A DNA stretch of 64,000 nucleotides from positions 2,528,001-2,592,000 of the forward strand of contig OZ245817.1 of NCBI GenBank assembly GCA_965228475.1, read 5' to 3'. Each line of letters starts with the position of its first letter. Within the stretch, counting starts at the first letter, position 1. The notes beneath the pieces are model-generated. The model was not told the origin of the DNA. It was given only the letters and a program-made list of their open reading frames with translations, and did not search any database. Shown in pieces: positions 43,267 to 53,820 of this stretch. The stretch comes from Myxococcota bacterium. Its GTDB lineage: Bacteria > Myxococcota_A > UBA9160 > JAFDDA01. The translations under genes and the position numbers were made by a program.

Positions 43267-46152
43267 ATGCGTCACGCTTCAGTCCGTTTTCACGTCGCCC
43301 TGCTCTGCGCCGTCCTCGCCGGCTCGCTCCAGACGGGCGCCGGCTGCAACGAGAACCCGCGCCCGGCGGTCGGGAGCCAGCTCTTCACGAGCCCCCAGAC
43401 CAACCCCATCGCGCTCTCGAGCGACGGCCAGGTCGTCTACGTGGCGAACACCACGGCCGGCAACGTGACCCTGATCGATGCCAACCCGCCCCACGCCCGG
43501 CTCGGCGTGATCCGCGTCGGCATGGACCCGGTCGGCATCGCCGTCAAGCCGAAGGCGCTCCCGACGGACGACGAGATCCTGCTCGTCACGAACCACATCT
43601 CGGACACGATCTCCGTCGTGAACGTGAACCTCGGCCAGGTCGTGCAGACCCTCCAGGAGCTCGACGGCAACGACGTCAGCCAGACCGACGAGCCCGTCGG
43701 CGTGGCCTTCGACGGGCCGACCCGCGCCTTCGTCACTCTCGACCACCCGAACCAGGTGATCGGCATCGAGTTCGACGGCTCGGGCAACGCCACGATCTCC
43801 GAGGACCGCGCCACCCTCACCGCCCAGGCACCGCGGGCCATCGCCGTCTCGAACGGCCGTGTGTACGTGGCGGCCTTCGAGTCCGGGAACCAGAGCGAGT
43901 TCACCTCCTGCGGCGCGGGCGGCGGCCCGCCCTACGACCCGAACGGCAACGGCGGCGAGGGCACGGGCTGCGAGTTCCCGCTCAACTTCACCAACCTGCT
44001 CGCCTTCGCGACGAACCCGAACATCGGCGGCGAGGTCGTCCACAACGGCCTCCTCCCGGACCGGGACCTGTTCGTCTACGACGCGCTCGACTTCTTCGAC
44101 GCCAACGGCTCGAGCCAGGCCGTCACGCCCGACGACGTGGTCGAGGGGCTCGGCACGCTGCTCTACGGCGCGACGGCGGTCGGCGACACGCTCTACCTCA
44201 CGAACACCGACGCGCGGAACAAGCTCGACGGACTCAGCGCCCTCGGCAACCGGATGTTCGAGAACCGGCTCGCGATCGTCTCCTGCCCGGGCGGGAGCTG
44301 TGGCGCGCCGAGCCTCGTCGACCTCGAATCCGGCGGGGCGAACCCCTTCGGCGTGCCCGTCCCGACGCCCTACGGCATCCGCGCGGCCGACGACGGACTC
44401 GTGCTCGTCGCGAGCGTCGCCGGCTCCGACGGCGAGCCGGCGGACCTCGGCGACCCGAGCACCGTCAACGTGGACATTCCCGGCCTCGTGACGCTCGACG
44501 CGGCCGGGAACGTCCTCGGCCACGTCCAGACCGGAGCGATTCCCCAGGGCGTCGCCCTGCGCTCGGACGGCGGCGGCGCCGCCGAGACCGCCTACGTCCT
44601 GAACACGGTCGATTCGACGCTCTCCGTGGTGGACGTCTCGAACCCGGCCGCGCCCACGGTCACCGCCACGGTCTCCGCCGGCTTCGACCCGACGCCCGCC
44701 GTCGTCCGCGAGGGCCGCATCGCCTTCAGCTCGGCGCGGGCCTCGACCGGCGGCACGTTCTCCTGCGAGTCCTGCCACCCGAGCGGCAACATCGATCAGA
44801 TCGCCTGGACCATCAATTCGGACCTCGGGCCCCAGGATTCCTGCGGCGGCTCCATCGCCTGCCCCGAGCCGCGGTCGACCATGCCGATCCGCGGCCTGCG
44901 CGACACCCTCCCGCTGCACTGGGTCGGAAACCTCGCCGACCCGTTCCCGGGCGTCGGCGTCGGCGGCCCGGAAGATCCGGTCGCACCGGACTGCGACCTC
45001 CTCGTCGACGGCGAGACCGGCTGCATCCGCCACCTCGTGAACGCGAGCCTCTCGGGCGTCATGTGCGACCAGAGCGGCGGCTGCGCGAACGGCCCCTCGG
45101 GCCTCGCCGGCGCGCTCACCGACACCGAACGCGACGCCATGGCCGAGTTCCTGGCAGCGGTCGCCTTCCCGCCCGGCCCGGCGCGGCGGGTCGACGACGT
45201 CCTCTCCGCCTCCGCGGACGCCGGCGTCGACGACTTCTTCCTCGACAACGGCGGCCTCGGCGGGATGGTCGGCGCCTTCGCGGCAACGTGTTCGAGCGAC
45301 GAAGGCGGGTGCCACGCCCTGCCCCTCACGGTCTCGACGAACTCGGCGGTGGTCGGCGGCTTTGACGCGCCTTCGATCCGCGGCCTCTGGGACCGCCACA
45401 TCACCTTCTCGAACGGCTTCACGAGCTCCCAGGACCACCTGCTCGAGCAGGGCTTCGACCCGGCCCCGGGCGGCATGAGCGAGCTCGGCTCGCTCTCGGC
45501 GACCTTCCCCAGCCTGTTCACGATCGCCTACGGCGTGCCCGTCACGAACATCTGGGCGCTGATCAACGAGATGAGCGTCGGACTCCCGGGCGCCACGGGC
45601 CGCCAGCTCGACCTGACGCCCACCAACTCGGGCGACGCCACGGTCGGGAGCCGGCTCGCCCAGATCGAAGCCGTCGCCGGTGAGGGCCGCGTCACGGCCA
45701 CCGCTGAGGGCCTCGGCGTCAGCTACCACTACGAGCCGACGGCGAGCGCCTGGCGCCCGACCCAGGGCCCCGACGTCAGCGGCACGGACCTGCGGAACCT
45801 CGCGGTGACCAACGGCCGGACGATCCTGGTGACGGCGCGCCTGCCCGAGGGCATGTCGATCGGCGGCGCGGACCGGCAGCCCCTGCTCTCGGCGGACGAC
45901 CGGCCGAACGTCACGGGCGGGAGCCCGTCGATGGTCGTGATCGAACAGTACGTCGACCCGGCGGCCACGATCCTGGTCGACGGCGTCCTCTGCGGCGGCT
46001 GCTCCCTGGCCCTCGGCGGCGGGAACGCGACCATCACGTTCTCGCCCCTGCCGAGCAACGGGCTCCACGTGGTGCAGGTCCACAACCCGAACAGCTACGC
46101 GAGCAACGAGTTCCCGTTCTGCGTCAACGGAGGCTGCAACACCGGCTTCTAG
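43267..46152 (+). CDS. YVTN-type beta-propeller plus cytochrome c (peroxidase/MauG-like) lipoprotein
   Basis: AGGAGG SD, GAGC lipobox, PIALSSDGQVVYVANT, VGMDPVGIAV, SCESCHP, PRSTMPIRGL..PLHW, CSSDEGGCH, FDAPSIRGLWD. Confidence 0.8.
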   Translation: MRHASVRFHVALLCAVLAGSLQTGAGCNENPRPAVGSQLFTSPQTNPIALSSDGQVVYVANTTAGNVTLIDANPPHARLGVIRVGMDPVGIAVKPKALPTDDEILLVTNHISDTISVVNVNLGQVVQTLQELDGNDVSQTDEPVGVAFDGPTRAFVTLDHPNQVIGIEFDGSGNATISEDRATLTAQAPRAIAVSNGRVYVAAFESGNQSEFTSCGAGGGPPYDPNGNGGEGTGCEFPLNFTNLLAFATNPNIGGEVVHNGLLPDRDLFVYDALDFFDANGSSQAVTPDDVVEGLGTLLYGATAVGDTLYLTNTDARNKLDGLSALGNRMFENRLAIVSCPGGSCGAPSLVDLESGGANPFGVPVPTPYGIRAADDGLVLVASVAGSDGEPADLGDPSTVNVDIPGLVTLDAAGNVLGHVQTGAIPQGVALRSDGGGAAETAYVLNTVDSTLSVVDVSNPAAPTVTATVSAGFDPTPAVVREGRIAFSSARASTGGTFSCESCHPSGNIDQIAWTINSDLGPQDSCGGSIACPEPRSTMPIRGLRDTLPLHWVGNLADPFPGVGVGGPEDPVAPDCDLLVDGETGCIRHLVNASLSGVMCDQSGGCANGPSGLAGALTDTERDAMAEFLAAVAFPPGPARRVDDVLSASADAGVDDFFLDNGGLGGMVGAFAATCSSDEGGCHALPLTVSTNSAVVGGFDAPSIRGLWDRHITFSNGFTSSQDHLLEQGFDPAPGGMSELGSLSATFPSLFTIAYGVPVTNIWALINEMSVGLPGATGRQLDLTPTNSGDATVGSRLAQIEAVAGEGRVTATAEGLGVSYHYEPTASAWRPTQGPDVSGTDLRNLAVTNGRTILVTARLPEGMSIGGADRQPLLSADDRPNVTGGSPSMVVIEQYVDPAATILVDGVLCGGCSLALGGGNATITFSPLPSNGLHVVQVHNPNSYASNEFPFCVNGGCNTGF

Positions 46153-46173
46153 CGAGGCGGAGGGCGGGCGCGC

Positions 46174-47121
46174 CTAGTGCTCGTGCTTCCAGCCCTGGGC
46201 GAGCTCCATCATCCCGCGGAAGAGTTCGCCGGTGTCGAACTCGGCGTCCCAGGGCTCGCCTGCGAACTCCCGATAGGCGCGGGCGACGTTGAAGTAGAGC
46301 CGCTCGGGTTCGGTCCAGTCCGCGTAGGGTCCGAGGTCGATCTTCTTGGCCGCCTCGAGTGCGGTCAGGCCCGCCTCCCGGAAGCGCTCGCTCTCGTTCC
46401 GCACGTACTCGAGGTAGGCCTTCATCTCCTTCGGCCCCTCGTCTCCGCACAGGGGCCCGTGTCCGGGCACGATGGTCTCGGCACCGAGCTCGACGATCGT
46501 GTCGAGCGCCCGGCCCCACTGGGCGAAGGTCCCCTCCCAGCCGATCGGCGTGCACAGGCGGAAGAGCACGTCCCCCGCGAAGACCACGCCTTCCTCGGGC
46601 AGGTGGACGATCACGTCTCCGGCCGTATGGGCGGGCCCGACGTAGAGGATCCGGGCCGCGACCCCGTCGAGATCGAGGTCGAGCCGGTCCTCGACGACCG
46701 TGGTCGGGGGCGTGAGCGCGATGCCCGTGAAGTCCCAGTCCGCGAGCCGCCGCGCCAGGGAGGCCGCGCCGGGCGGTGCGTCGGGCCGCGCGGCGAGGCC
46801 CTTCAGGGCCTGGAGCCCCTCGGGCGAGCCGTCCGCCTCGAAGCGGTCGCGGCACTCGCGGTGGCCGATGATCTCGGCACCCTCGAAGAGCTGGTTCCCC
46901 CAGCAGTGGTCGCCGTTGTGGTGGGTGTTCACGACCCTGCGCGCCGGGCCCGGCCAGACTCCGGCGTAGGTCTCGATCAGGCGACGGGTGTGCGGGAGGT
47001 CCCAGAACGTGTCGACGACGAGCCCTCCCCCGCGGTTCACGAGGCCGGAGTTGCTATAACCCAGGCCGCGATCCTCTTGGAGGCACGCGTAGACGTCTCG
47101 CGCGAGAGGTCGAAGCTCCAT
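46174..47121 (-). CDS. MBL-fold metallo-hydrolase (cyclase-like)
   Basis: SNSGLV, VVDT, THHNGDHCWGN, AHTAGD, FAGD, VPGHG. Confidence 0.9.
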   Translation of the reverse strand: MELRPLARDVYACLQEDRGLGYSNSGLVNRGGGLVVDTFWDLPHTRRLIETYAGVWPGPARRVVNTHHNGDHCWGNQLFEGAEIIGHRECRDRFEADGSPEGLQALKGLAARPDAPPGAASLARRLADWDFTGIALTPPTTVVEDRLDLDLDGVAARILYVGPAHTAGDVIVHLPEEGVVFAGDVLFRLCTPIGWEGTFAQWGRALDTIVELGAETIVPGHGPLCGDEGPKEMKAYLEYVRNESERFREAGLTALEAAKKIDLGPYADWTEPERLYFNVARAYREFAGEPWDAEFDTGELFRGMMELAQGWKHEH

Positions 47122-47191
47122 GGGGACATCCTAGACCGACCGCGCCGCCCACGGACCGCCAAATGCGCACGGAGTGCGCACAGGAAACGGA

Positions 47192-48334
47192 ATGAAGCCC
47201 GCCGACCGACCGCTGAACCCGAACTTCTCCTCCGGCCCCTGCGCCAAGCGCCCGGGCTGGTCCCTCGACGCCCTCTCGGACGCGTGCCTCGGCCGCTCCC
47301 ACCGCGGCAAGCCCGGCAAGGCCAAGCTCGCCGAGGCCATCGAACGCCAGCGCGAGATCCTCGGCATCCCCGCGGACTGGCGCGTCGGCATCGTCCCCGG
47401 CTCGGACACCGGCGCCTTCGAGATGGCGATGTGGTCGCTGCTCGGGCCGCGCGGGGTCGACGTGCTCGCCTGGGAGAGCTTCGGCAAAGGCTGGGCGACG
47501 GATGCCACGAAGCAGCTCCCGCTCGACTCCCCGCGCGTCCTCGAAGCGGACTACGGCCAGCTGCCGGACCTCGGCAGCGTCGATTTCTCGCGCGACGTGC
47601 TCTTCACCTGGAACGGCACGACCTCGGGCGTCTGCGTCCCGGACGGCGACTGGATCCCGGCGGACCGCACGGGCCTCACGCTCTGCGATGCGACCTCGGC
47701 GGTGTTCGCCATGGACCTGCCCTGGGAGAAGCTCGATGCGGTGACGTGGTCCTGGCAGAAGGTGCTCGGGGGCGAGGCCGCCCACGGCATGCTCGTGCTC
47801 TCGCCGCGCGCCGTCGAGCGGCTCGAGACCTACACGCCGCCATGGCCGATGCCGAAGATCTTCCGCCTGACCAAGGGCGGAAAGCTGATCGACGGCATCT
47901 TCACCGGCGCGACGATCAACACGCCGTCGCTCCTGTGCGTGGAAGACGCCCTCGACGCCCTGCGCTGGGTCGAGTCCATCGGCGGCCGCGCGGCCGCCGA
48001 GAAGCGCTCGCGCGAGAACCTCGCGGTGCTCGAACGCTGGGTCGCGCAAACGCCCTGGGTCGATTTCCTCGCCGGCGACCCGGCCACGCGCTCGCGCACG
48101 TCGGTCTGCTTCACGATCGCGGACCCGGAGTGCAAGGACCCGGCGGAAGCCGCGAAGGCCGTGAAGACCCTGCTCGAGCAGGAAGGCGTCGCCTTCGACA
48201 TCGGCGCCTACCGCGACGCCCCGCCCGGCCTGCGCATCTGGTGCGGCGCGACGGTCGAGGCCCGAGACCTCGAGGCCCTCACGCCGTGGCTCGACTGGGC
48301 CTACGCAGAAGCCAAGACCCAGCTTCAGGGCTAG
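47192..48334 (+). CDS. serC: phosphoserine aminotransferase, Methanosarcina/alphaproteobacterial type
   Basis: [71 protein letters not shown]. Confidence 0.93.
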   Translation: MKPADRPLNPNFSSGPCAKRPGWSLDALSDACLGRSHRGKPGKAKLAEAIERQREILGIPADWRVGIVPGSDTGAFEMAMWSLLGPRGVDVLAWESFGKGWATDATKQLPLDSPRVLEADYGQLPDLGSVDFSRDVLFTWNGTTSGVCVPDGDWIPADRTGLTLCDATSAVFAMDLPWEKLDAVTWSWQKVLGGEAAHGMLVLSPRAVERLETYTPPWPMPKIFRLTKGGKLIDGIFTGATINTPSLLCVEDALDALRWVESIGGRAAAEKRSRENLAVLERWVAQTPWVDFLAGDPATRSRTSVCFTIADPECKDPAEAAKAVKTLLEQEGVAFDIGAYRDAPPGLRIWCGATVEARDLEALTPWLDWAYAEAKTQLQG

Positions 48335-48337
48335 CCG

Positions 48338-50263
48338 CTAAGCCGTTGGTTCGGTGTCGTTTTCCGGATCGGCGCCGGAGGCGGCGACGGGCTCCTCGCC
48401 GGGGGCCCAGCCGATCCGCGCGAGCGCCGTCAGCGCGTCGTTCGCCTCGGGCTTGTGGAGCGCCACCAGGGCGCCGTCGCCCATGCGCGGCGCGACGCCG
48501 GCGTGCATGACCTGCCAGGCGTTGCCGCGGCGCAGCGCGAGGATCACGTAGGGGTCGACCTCGCGCGGGCTGCGCAGACCTTCGGCATCGGCCGCCGAGG
48601 GGGGCTCCGTGCCTTCGGGCAGGCCGACCCAGTGGAAGTCCCGGATCTCGGCGCTCGCGTGGCGGAAGCGCACGTTCCAGCGCTCGACGTCCTTCGGCCC
48701 GTCGAAGAGCATGTGCGTCCCCTGCTTCTCGAGCAGCGAGGGCGTCATGCCCGCGGTCACCCGGTTGATGGCCGCGAAGGTGTTCGGCACGCCGAAGTCC
48801 TCGCGGGCCTCCCGGGCGAACAGGCTGTTCACCTCGTCGTTGGCCGTGAGGCCGACCACCGCCTTGGCCTGACCGAGCCTCGCCCGCGCGAGCACGGTGG
48901 CCTGGAGTGCGTTGCCGAACACGACGGGGAAGTTCTCGTCCTGGGCTGCACGGCAGTGGCCGGGGTTCGAGTCCACGAAGCCGACCGGGACCGTCTCGTC
49001 CCGGAGCGCCTTGCCGAAGGCGATCCCGAAATCCTCGGCGCCGAGGATCACGACACCGTCCCGCGGCGGCGCCCGCACCGCGAGGATGCGCGCCACCAGC
49101 GGCGCCGTCGTGCCCTGGGCGAGTACCGTCACCGCGATCGTCAGGAAGACCAGGGCCCGGAGCTGGGCTCCGCCCTCCGCCCCGTTGGCCTCGAGCGCCG
49201 CCGCGAAGATCGAGGCGATCGCCGCGGCCACGATGCCTCGGGGCGCCATCCACGAGAGGAACGCCCGCTCCCGCAAGGTCAGCTCGGTCCCGAGCGTCGA
49301 GACCGCCACGCACAGCGGGCGCACGAGGAAGACGAGCGCACCGACGGTCCACAGGCCCGGCCAGCCGAGGGCCATGACGTCGGCCACGCGCACGTCGGCG
49401 GCGAGCAGGACGAACAGCAGCGCGATCAACGCGAGGGTCAGGTGGTCGTTGAACTCGCGCAGCTCCCGCGCGACGCCGGCGCCCGAGTTGCCGACCACCA
49501 CGCCGGCCAGGGTCACGGCGAGGATGCCGCTCTCGGGCACCTGGGCGTCGCAGAGCGCCGAGAGCGCGAGGACCAGGCCGAGCGTCACGACGTTCTCGAG
49601 CCCTTCGGGCACGAGGCGCGGTACGCGCAGGAGGAGCGCCAGGAAGCCGCCGCCGAGCAGCCCCGCCGCCGCGCCGAAGGCCAGGCGCTCGGCCAGGTGC
49701 GTCAGGCCGACCGAGAGGATCCCGCTCGCGCCGGCCTCGAGCACGACCGTCAGGGCGACCGCGGCGACGATCGCGCCGATCGGGTCGATCAGGACGCCTT
49801 CGGCCTCGAGCACCGTGGCAACGCGCGGCGAGAGCCGGACGTTCTGGAGGATCGGGCGCACCACCGTGGGGCCGGTCACGATGACGAGGGTCCCGAACAG
49901 GATCGACTGCCCCCAGGACCAGCCCATCCAGGTGTGTGCCGCGAGCGTGCCGCCCGCCGCCGTCACGACCGCCCCCGTCGTCACGAGCATGCGGATCGAG
50001 CGGGCCTCGCGCCGCAGGCGGCGGATCTCGAGGTTCATGGCGCCCTCGAAGAGGATCACCGCGACGGCCAGGGTCACGAGGCCGACGAGCCCCTCGCCGA
50101 GCAGCTCGGGCTTGATCCAGCCGAGGCCGTCGGGGCCGAGGGCCACGCCGGTCGCCAGGAGCGGGACGATGCTCGGAAGCCGGAGATGCCGCGCCAGCGC
50201 CTGGGCGATGACGCCGGCACCGAGCGCCAGGGCGATGACGAAGGTCGGGCCGAGCTCGTGCAC
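48338..50263 (-). CDS. CPA1 cation:proton antiporter (NhaP-like) with TrkA-N/RCK domain
   Basis: AVILFEG, VTGPTVV, EGVLIDPIG, APRGIVAA, C-terminal NAD-binding-like domain. Confidence 0.9.
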   Translation of the reverse strand: MHELGPTFVIALALGAGVIAQALARHLRLPSIVPLLATGVALGPDGLGWIKPELLGEGLVGLVTLAVAVILFEGAMNLEIRRLRREARSIRMLVTTGAVVTAAGGTLAAHTWMGWSWGQSILFGTLVIVTGPTVVRPILQNVRLSPRVATVLEAEGVLIDPIGAIVAAVALTVVLEAGASGILSVGLTHLAERLAFGAAAGLLGGGFLALLLRVPRLVPEGLENVVTLGLVLALSALCDAQVPESGILAVTLAGVVVGNSGAGVARELREFNDHLTLALIALLFVLLAADVRVADVMALGWPGLWTVGALVFLVRPLCVAVSTLGTELTLRERAFLSWMAPRGIVAAAIASIFAAALEANGAEGGAQLRALVFLTIAVTVLAQGTTAPLVARILAVRAPPRDGVVILGAEDFGIAFGKALRDETVPVGFVDSNPGHCRAAQDENFPVVFGNALQATVLARARLGQAKAVVGLTANDEVNSLFAREAREDFGVPNTFAAINRVTAGMTPSLLEKQGTHMLFDGPKDVERWNVRFRHASAEIRDFHWVGLPEGTEPPSAADAEGLRSPREVDPYVILALRRGNAWQVMHAGVAPRMGDGALVALHKPEANDALTALARIGWAPGEEPVAASGADPENDTEPTA

Positions 50264-50346
50264 CGGGAGACGCTAAGCAACCCTCCGCGGCTTGACCAGC
50301 GCGGAAGACGATTCCCGCGACCCCGCCGGGCGGGTTTCGGCCCGCC

Positions 50347-50934
50347 CTAGCTCGAGAGCTTCTCCTCGAGGAAGTCGAGGCGGTCGTTGCCGAAGAACAT
50401 CTCGCCCTCGACGTAGAAGGTCGGCGCCCCGAAGGCGCCCCGCTCGACCGCTTCCTCGGCGTTGGCCTTGAGCTGGTTCTTCACGTCCTCCTCGCCGATC
50501 CGCGCGAGGATCCCGTCCGCATCGAGACCGGCCGAGCGCAGGACGTTTCCGAGCACCTCGGCGTCGCCGACGTTCTGCTCTTCCTGCCACATGGCGCGGA
50601 ACATCGCCGCGTGGAAGTCCGGGAAGACGCCCTGCTCGAGGGCCACCAGGGCCGCTCGCATGGGCTTCACGGTCATCACCGGGAAGTGCGGGTTGAACTT
50701 GATCTCGACGCCGTAGCGCTGACACCAGCGGGCGATGTCCACGAACATGTACTTGCCCTTGGCGGGCACCGTGGCCGGCGGGCTGTTCCCCGAGGCCTGC
50801 ATCACGCCCCCGAGGAAGAACGGGCGGTAGACGAGCTCCGCCCCGGTGCGTGCGACGAGCGCCGGCACCTGGCTGTCGGCCAGGTACGAGAAGGGACTCA
50901 CGTAGTCGAAGAAGTACTCGAGTTTCTTGCCCAT
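50347..50934 (-). CDS. 2-hydroxychromene-2-carboxylate isomerase / DsbA family
   Basis: YFFDYVSPFSYLA, PFFLGG, GAFGAPTF..FFGNDR; GAGGAG SD. Confidence 0.9.
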   Translation of the reverse strand: MGKKLEYFFDYVSPFSYLADSQVPALVARTGAELVYRPFFLGGVMQASGNSPPATVPAKGKYMFVDIARWCQRYGVEIKFNPHFPVMTVKPMRAALVALEQGVFPDFHAAMFRAMWQEEQNVGDAEVLGNVLRSAGLDADGILARIGEEDVKNQLKANAEEAVERGAFGAPTFYVEGEMFFGNDRLDFLEEKLSS

Positions 50935-50942
50935 GGTGCTCC

Positions 50943-53297
50943 TCAGCTCCCGGCCGCACGCAGGCGGCACGGGACGTAGCGGTGGTGGGGAATGCCGGTG
51001 AAGGGGTCGCGGTCCGCGGCGTCGGTCAGCTCGTTCAGGTTCAGGCCGTCGACGGCGACGTCGCCGGAAGCGCTCGAGTGGACCATGCCGAAGCCGTTCG
51101 GCACCCAGACGTGGCCGCGCCGCAGCTTCGCGTCGAGGGCCAGCGGCAGCTCTGCAGCACCCCGGCGCGTCTCGAGGACGACTTCCTCGCCGGCGTCGAG
51201 GCCGAGCTGGGCCGCGTCGTCCGGGTGGACGCTCACGGTGCAGTGCGGCCCGCGGCCCTTGCGCCAGTTCGGGTCGCGCTGGATCAGGTTCGCCGTCCAG
51301 CGCGTGCGCAGACCGGCGGCCAGGACGAAGGGATACTCCGGGTCCTCTTCGAGGCTCGCGTCGAGGGCGCGGCCGATCTCGGGCATCACGGCCTCGGGTG
51401 CGAGGCGGATCTTGCCGTCGCTGTGGCCCACGTGGTCCGAGAGCGCGTCCTCCTCGTTGGCCCGGGCGATCGCGACGCCCTCGGGGTGCTCGAGGATGCG
51501 CCGGAAGAGTTCGTTCCCTATGGCGAAGGGGTTCTCGTCCGCGAAGTCCGGGCCGAGCTCCCGCAGGACGCTCTCGCGCCGCATCATCGCGTTCAGGTGG
51601 CACTGGGCCCAGATCCCGGCCAGGGCCGGAGAAGGCAGGTGCGGCCCGACGGTCCGGTAGGCCCAGAAGATCATCGCGTTCTCGCCCGCCTCGGCGGACT
51701 TCTCACGCGCCGTCGCGAGCCAGCGCATGGCGGCAGCCGGATCCTCGGTGGCGGTCTTGCCGAGTTCGAAGAGCTCCTCGGCGGGCTCGCCGAAGAGGTC
51801 GAGGGCCGAAACCAGCCGCGCGTAGATCTCCGGCTCGGGCAGCGCCTCGGGCGGCCCCGCGACGACCGGCGGCCGCACCTGGACGTGCACCTCCGGCCAG
51901 CCCTTCGGGAAGAGCGCCATCTCCCACTTCTCGTAGCCGACCGGGGTCGGCAGCACGTAGTCGGCCAGGCGCGCGGTCTCGGTCATGGCCGGGTCGATCA
52001 CCACCACGAGGTCGAGCTTCGCGAAGGCCTCGCGCCAGCGCGGCGCATCGGAGAAGGAGAGCAGCGGGTTCGAGCCCTCGACGACGACCGCCCGGATGCG
52101 TTCGGGGTGGTCGATCATCACCTCTTCCGGGAACAGGTTCGGCGAGAACATGCCGGCGTTGCCGAGCGCGCGGATGGCGGGGATGCCCGAAACGAGGGCC
52201 CGCTCGGGCTCGCTCACGCGCTCCGGGTCCACCACCGGCGGCGCGATCGTCTCCATGAAGATCGATCCGCCCTTGCGGCCCGCATTGCCCGTGACGACCG
52301 CGAGCAGGTGGATCAGGTAGGAGTTGAGCGTCGAGAAGCGGGTCATCTCGACGCCGAGGTCGAAGAGCACGCCCGCGCCGTCCGCCGCGGCGAACTCGCG
52401 CGCCGTCGCCAGCAGGGCCTCGGGCTCGATCTCGCAGCGCTCGGCCATGGCCGCCGGATCCACGCCGGCCAGCGCTTCGCGGACGTCCTCGAAGCCGACG
52501 CAGCGCTCGGCCACGAAGGCCTCGTCGTGCCAGCCGTTCTGGACGATCGCCGCGAGCATCCCGAGCAGCAGATAGACGTCGCTCCCGGGCGGAACCCGCA
52601 GGTGGCGATCGGCCGCGCGGGTGGTCTCGGTCTCGCGCGGGTCCACCGCCACGAGGATGCGCTCCGGATCGTCGGCGTACTGCTTGAAGAACTCGTTCGC
52701 GGCGTGCCCCCGGTTGCTGATCCGCGGGTTCGTGCCCATGACGAGCAGGTACTTCACGTGCTTCTGGTCGACGTGGAAGAACGTCGCCGGGGAGCTGCCG
52801 AACATCCAGCCCTCGACGAGCGGGTGCTGGGTCTTCTCCTGGGCCAGCGCGTTGAACCAGCGCTTCGAGCCCATCCCGCGCAGCCAGCCGAGCCCGTAGG
52901 GGCCGTCCATGTGGTTGCCCTGGCCGCCGATGCCGACGAGCGAGAAGGCCCGCCCACCGCTCTCGGCATGGATCTCGCGCATCTTCTCCGCGATCCCGGC
53001 GATCGCCTCGTCCCAGGAGACGCGCTCGAAGGTGCCGTCGGGCCGCCGGCGGAGCGGGTGCTGGGTGCGCTCCTCGTGCTCGACGTACTTCGCGATCGTG
53101 AAGCCCTTGTTGCAGATGTAGCCGTGGGTGATCGGGTTCGACTCGTCGGCGCGGACCTTGGTGATCCGGTTCCCCGCGACGTCGACGCGGACGCCGCAGT
53201 TGTGACTGCACAGCACGCAGACGGTGGCGAGGTTCTCGCCCTCGCTCGGAATGGGCTCTCGGGAAACGGACGGGGGAACGCTCTGGGCAGGCATCAT
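50943..53297 (-). CDS. molybdopterin-dependent oxidoreductase (DMSO reductase family)
   Basis: CVLCSHNCG..GYICNKG Fe-S motif, GTNPRISN, VDPRETET, ETARLADYVLP, C-terminal VHPDDA..NELT. Confidence 0.9.
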   Translation of the reverse strand: MMPAQSVPPSVSREPIPSEGENLATVCVLCSHNCGVRVDVAGNRITKVRADESNPITHGYICNKGFTIAKYVEHEERTQHPLRRRPDGTFERVSWDEAIAGIAEKMREIHAESGGRAFSLVGIGGQGNHMDGPYGLGWLRGMGSKRWFNALAQEKTQHPLVEGWMFGSSPATFFHVDQKHVKYLLVMGTNPRISNRGHAANEFFKQYADDPERILVAVDPRETETTRAADRHLRVPPGSDVYLLLGMLAAIVQNGWHDEAFVAERCVGFEDVREALAGVDPAAMAERCEIEPEALLATAREFAAADGAGVLFDLGVEMTRFSTLNSYLIHLLAVVTGNAGRKGGSIFMETIAPPVVDPERVSEPERALVSGIPAIRALGNAGMFSPNLFPEEVMIDHPERIRAVVVEGSNPLLSFSDAPRWREAFAKLDLVVVIDPAMTETARLADYVLPTPVGYEKWEMALFPKGWPEVHVQVRPPVVAGPPEALPEPEIYARLVSALDLFGEPAEELFELGKTATEDPAAAMRWLATAREKSAEAGENAMIFWAYRTVGPHLPSPALAGIWAQCHLNAMMRRESVLRELGPDFADENPFAIGNELFRRILEHPEGVAIARANEEDALSDHVGHSDGKIRLAPEAVMPEIGRALDASLEEDPEYPFVLAAGLRTRWTANLIQRDPNWRKGRGPHCTVSVHPDDAAQLGLDAGEEVVLETRRGAAELPLALDAKLRRGHVWVPNGFGMVHSSASGDVAVDGLNLNELTDAADRDPFTGIPHHRYVPCRLRAAGS

Positions 53298-53815
53298 CGA
53301 TCCTCCTCGGGCGCGGTGGCTCGCTCGCGATCGCGGGTGGGGAAACGGTCGGGAAAACCTCGGGCGCGGAGTGCCGGGCCGGGGCGCGGCTCGACACCGC
53401 GGGGATCGAGCGGCTCGCGGCACTCGGAGCAGACGACGGTGGGCGTCGTCTCGTGGCCGCAGGCCCGGTGGTGGAGCTCGAGGGGCTTGCCCTCGTCGCC
53501 GGATTGCCAGCGGTCGCCCCAGCGCAGCAGGGAGATCATCACCGGGTAGAGATCCCTGCCCTTCTCGGTGAGCCGGTACTCGTAGCGGCGCGGGCGGTCC
53601 CGGTAGGGGACGCGCTCGAGCACGCCGGCGTCGACGAGCTTCCGCAGGCGGTCGGTCAGGACGTGGGGCGTCGGGCCGAGCTGGCGCTGGAAGTCGTCGA
53701 AGCGCCGCGTCCCGAGGAAGCAATCGCGCAGGATCATGAGCGTCCAACGGTCCCCGACGATCGCCAGGGTCCGGGCGATCGAGCAGGTCATCTCGCCGAT
53801 CTCGTTCCAGCGCAT
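53294..53815 (-). CDS. HxlR family winged-HTH regulator
   Basis: CSIARTLAIVGDRWTLMILR..RRFDDFQ..YEYRLTEKGRDL..WGD. Confidence 0.92.
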   Translation of the reverse strand: MRWNEIGEMTCSIARTLAIVGDRWTLMILRDCFLGTRRFDDFQRQLGPTPHVLTDRLRKLVDAGVLERVPYRDRPRRYEYRLTEKGRDLYPVMISLLRWGDRWQSGDEGKPLELHHRACGHETTPTVVCSECREPLDPRGVEPRPGPALRARGFPDRFPTRDRERATAPEEDR

Positions 53816-53820
53816 GGCGG

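Noticed and set aside
39901..43275. Apparent 1124-aa protein ending in a YfiR domain
   Set aside because: Only the last 174 aa (from GTG 40425, with its own signal peptide) are real; the rest is antisense to the TPR gene. The same artefact extends the miaE, SPFH, HCCA-isomerase and Mo-enzyme ORFs in the track.
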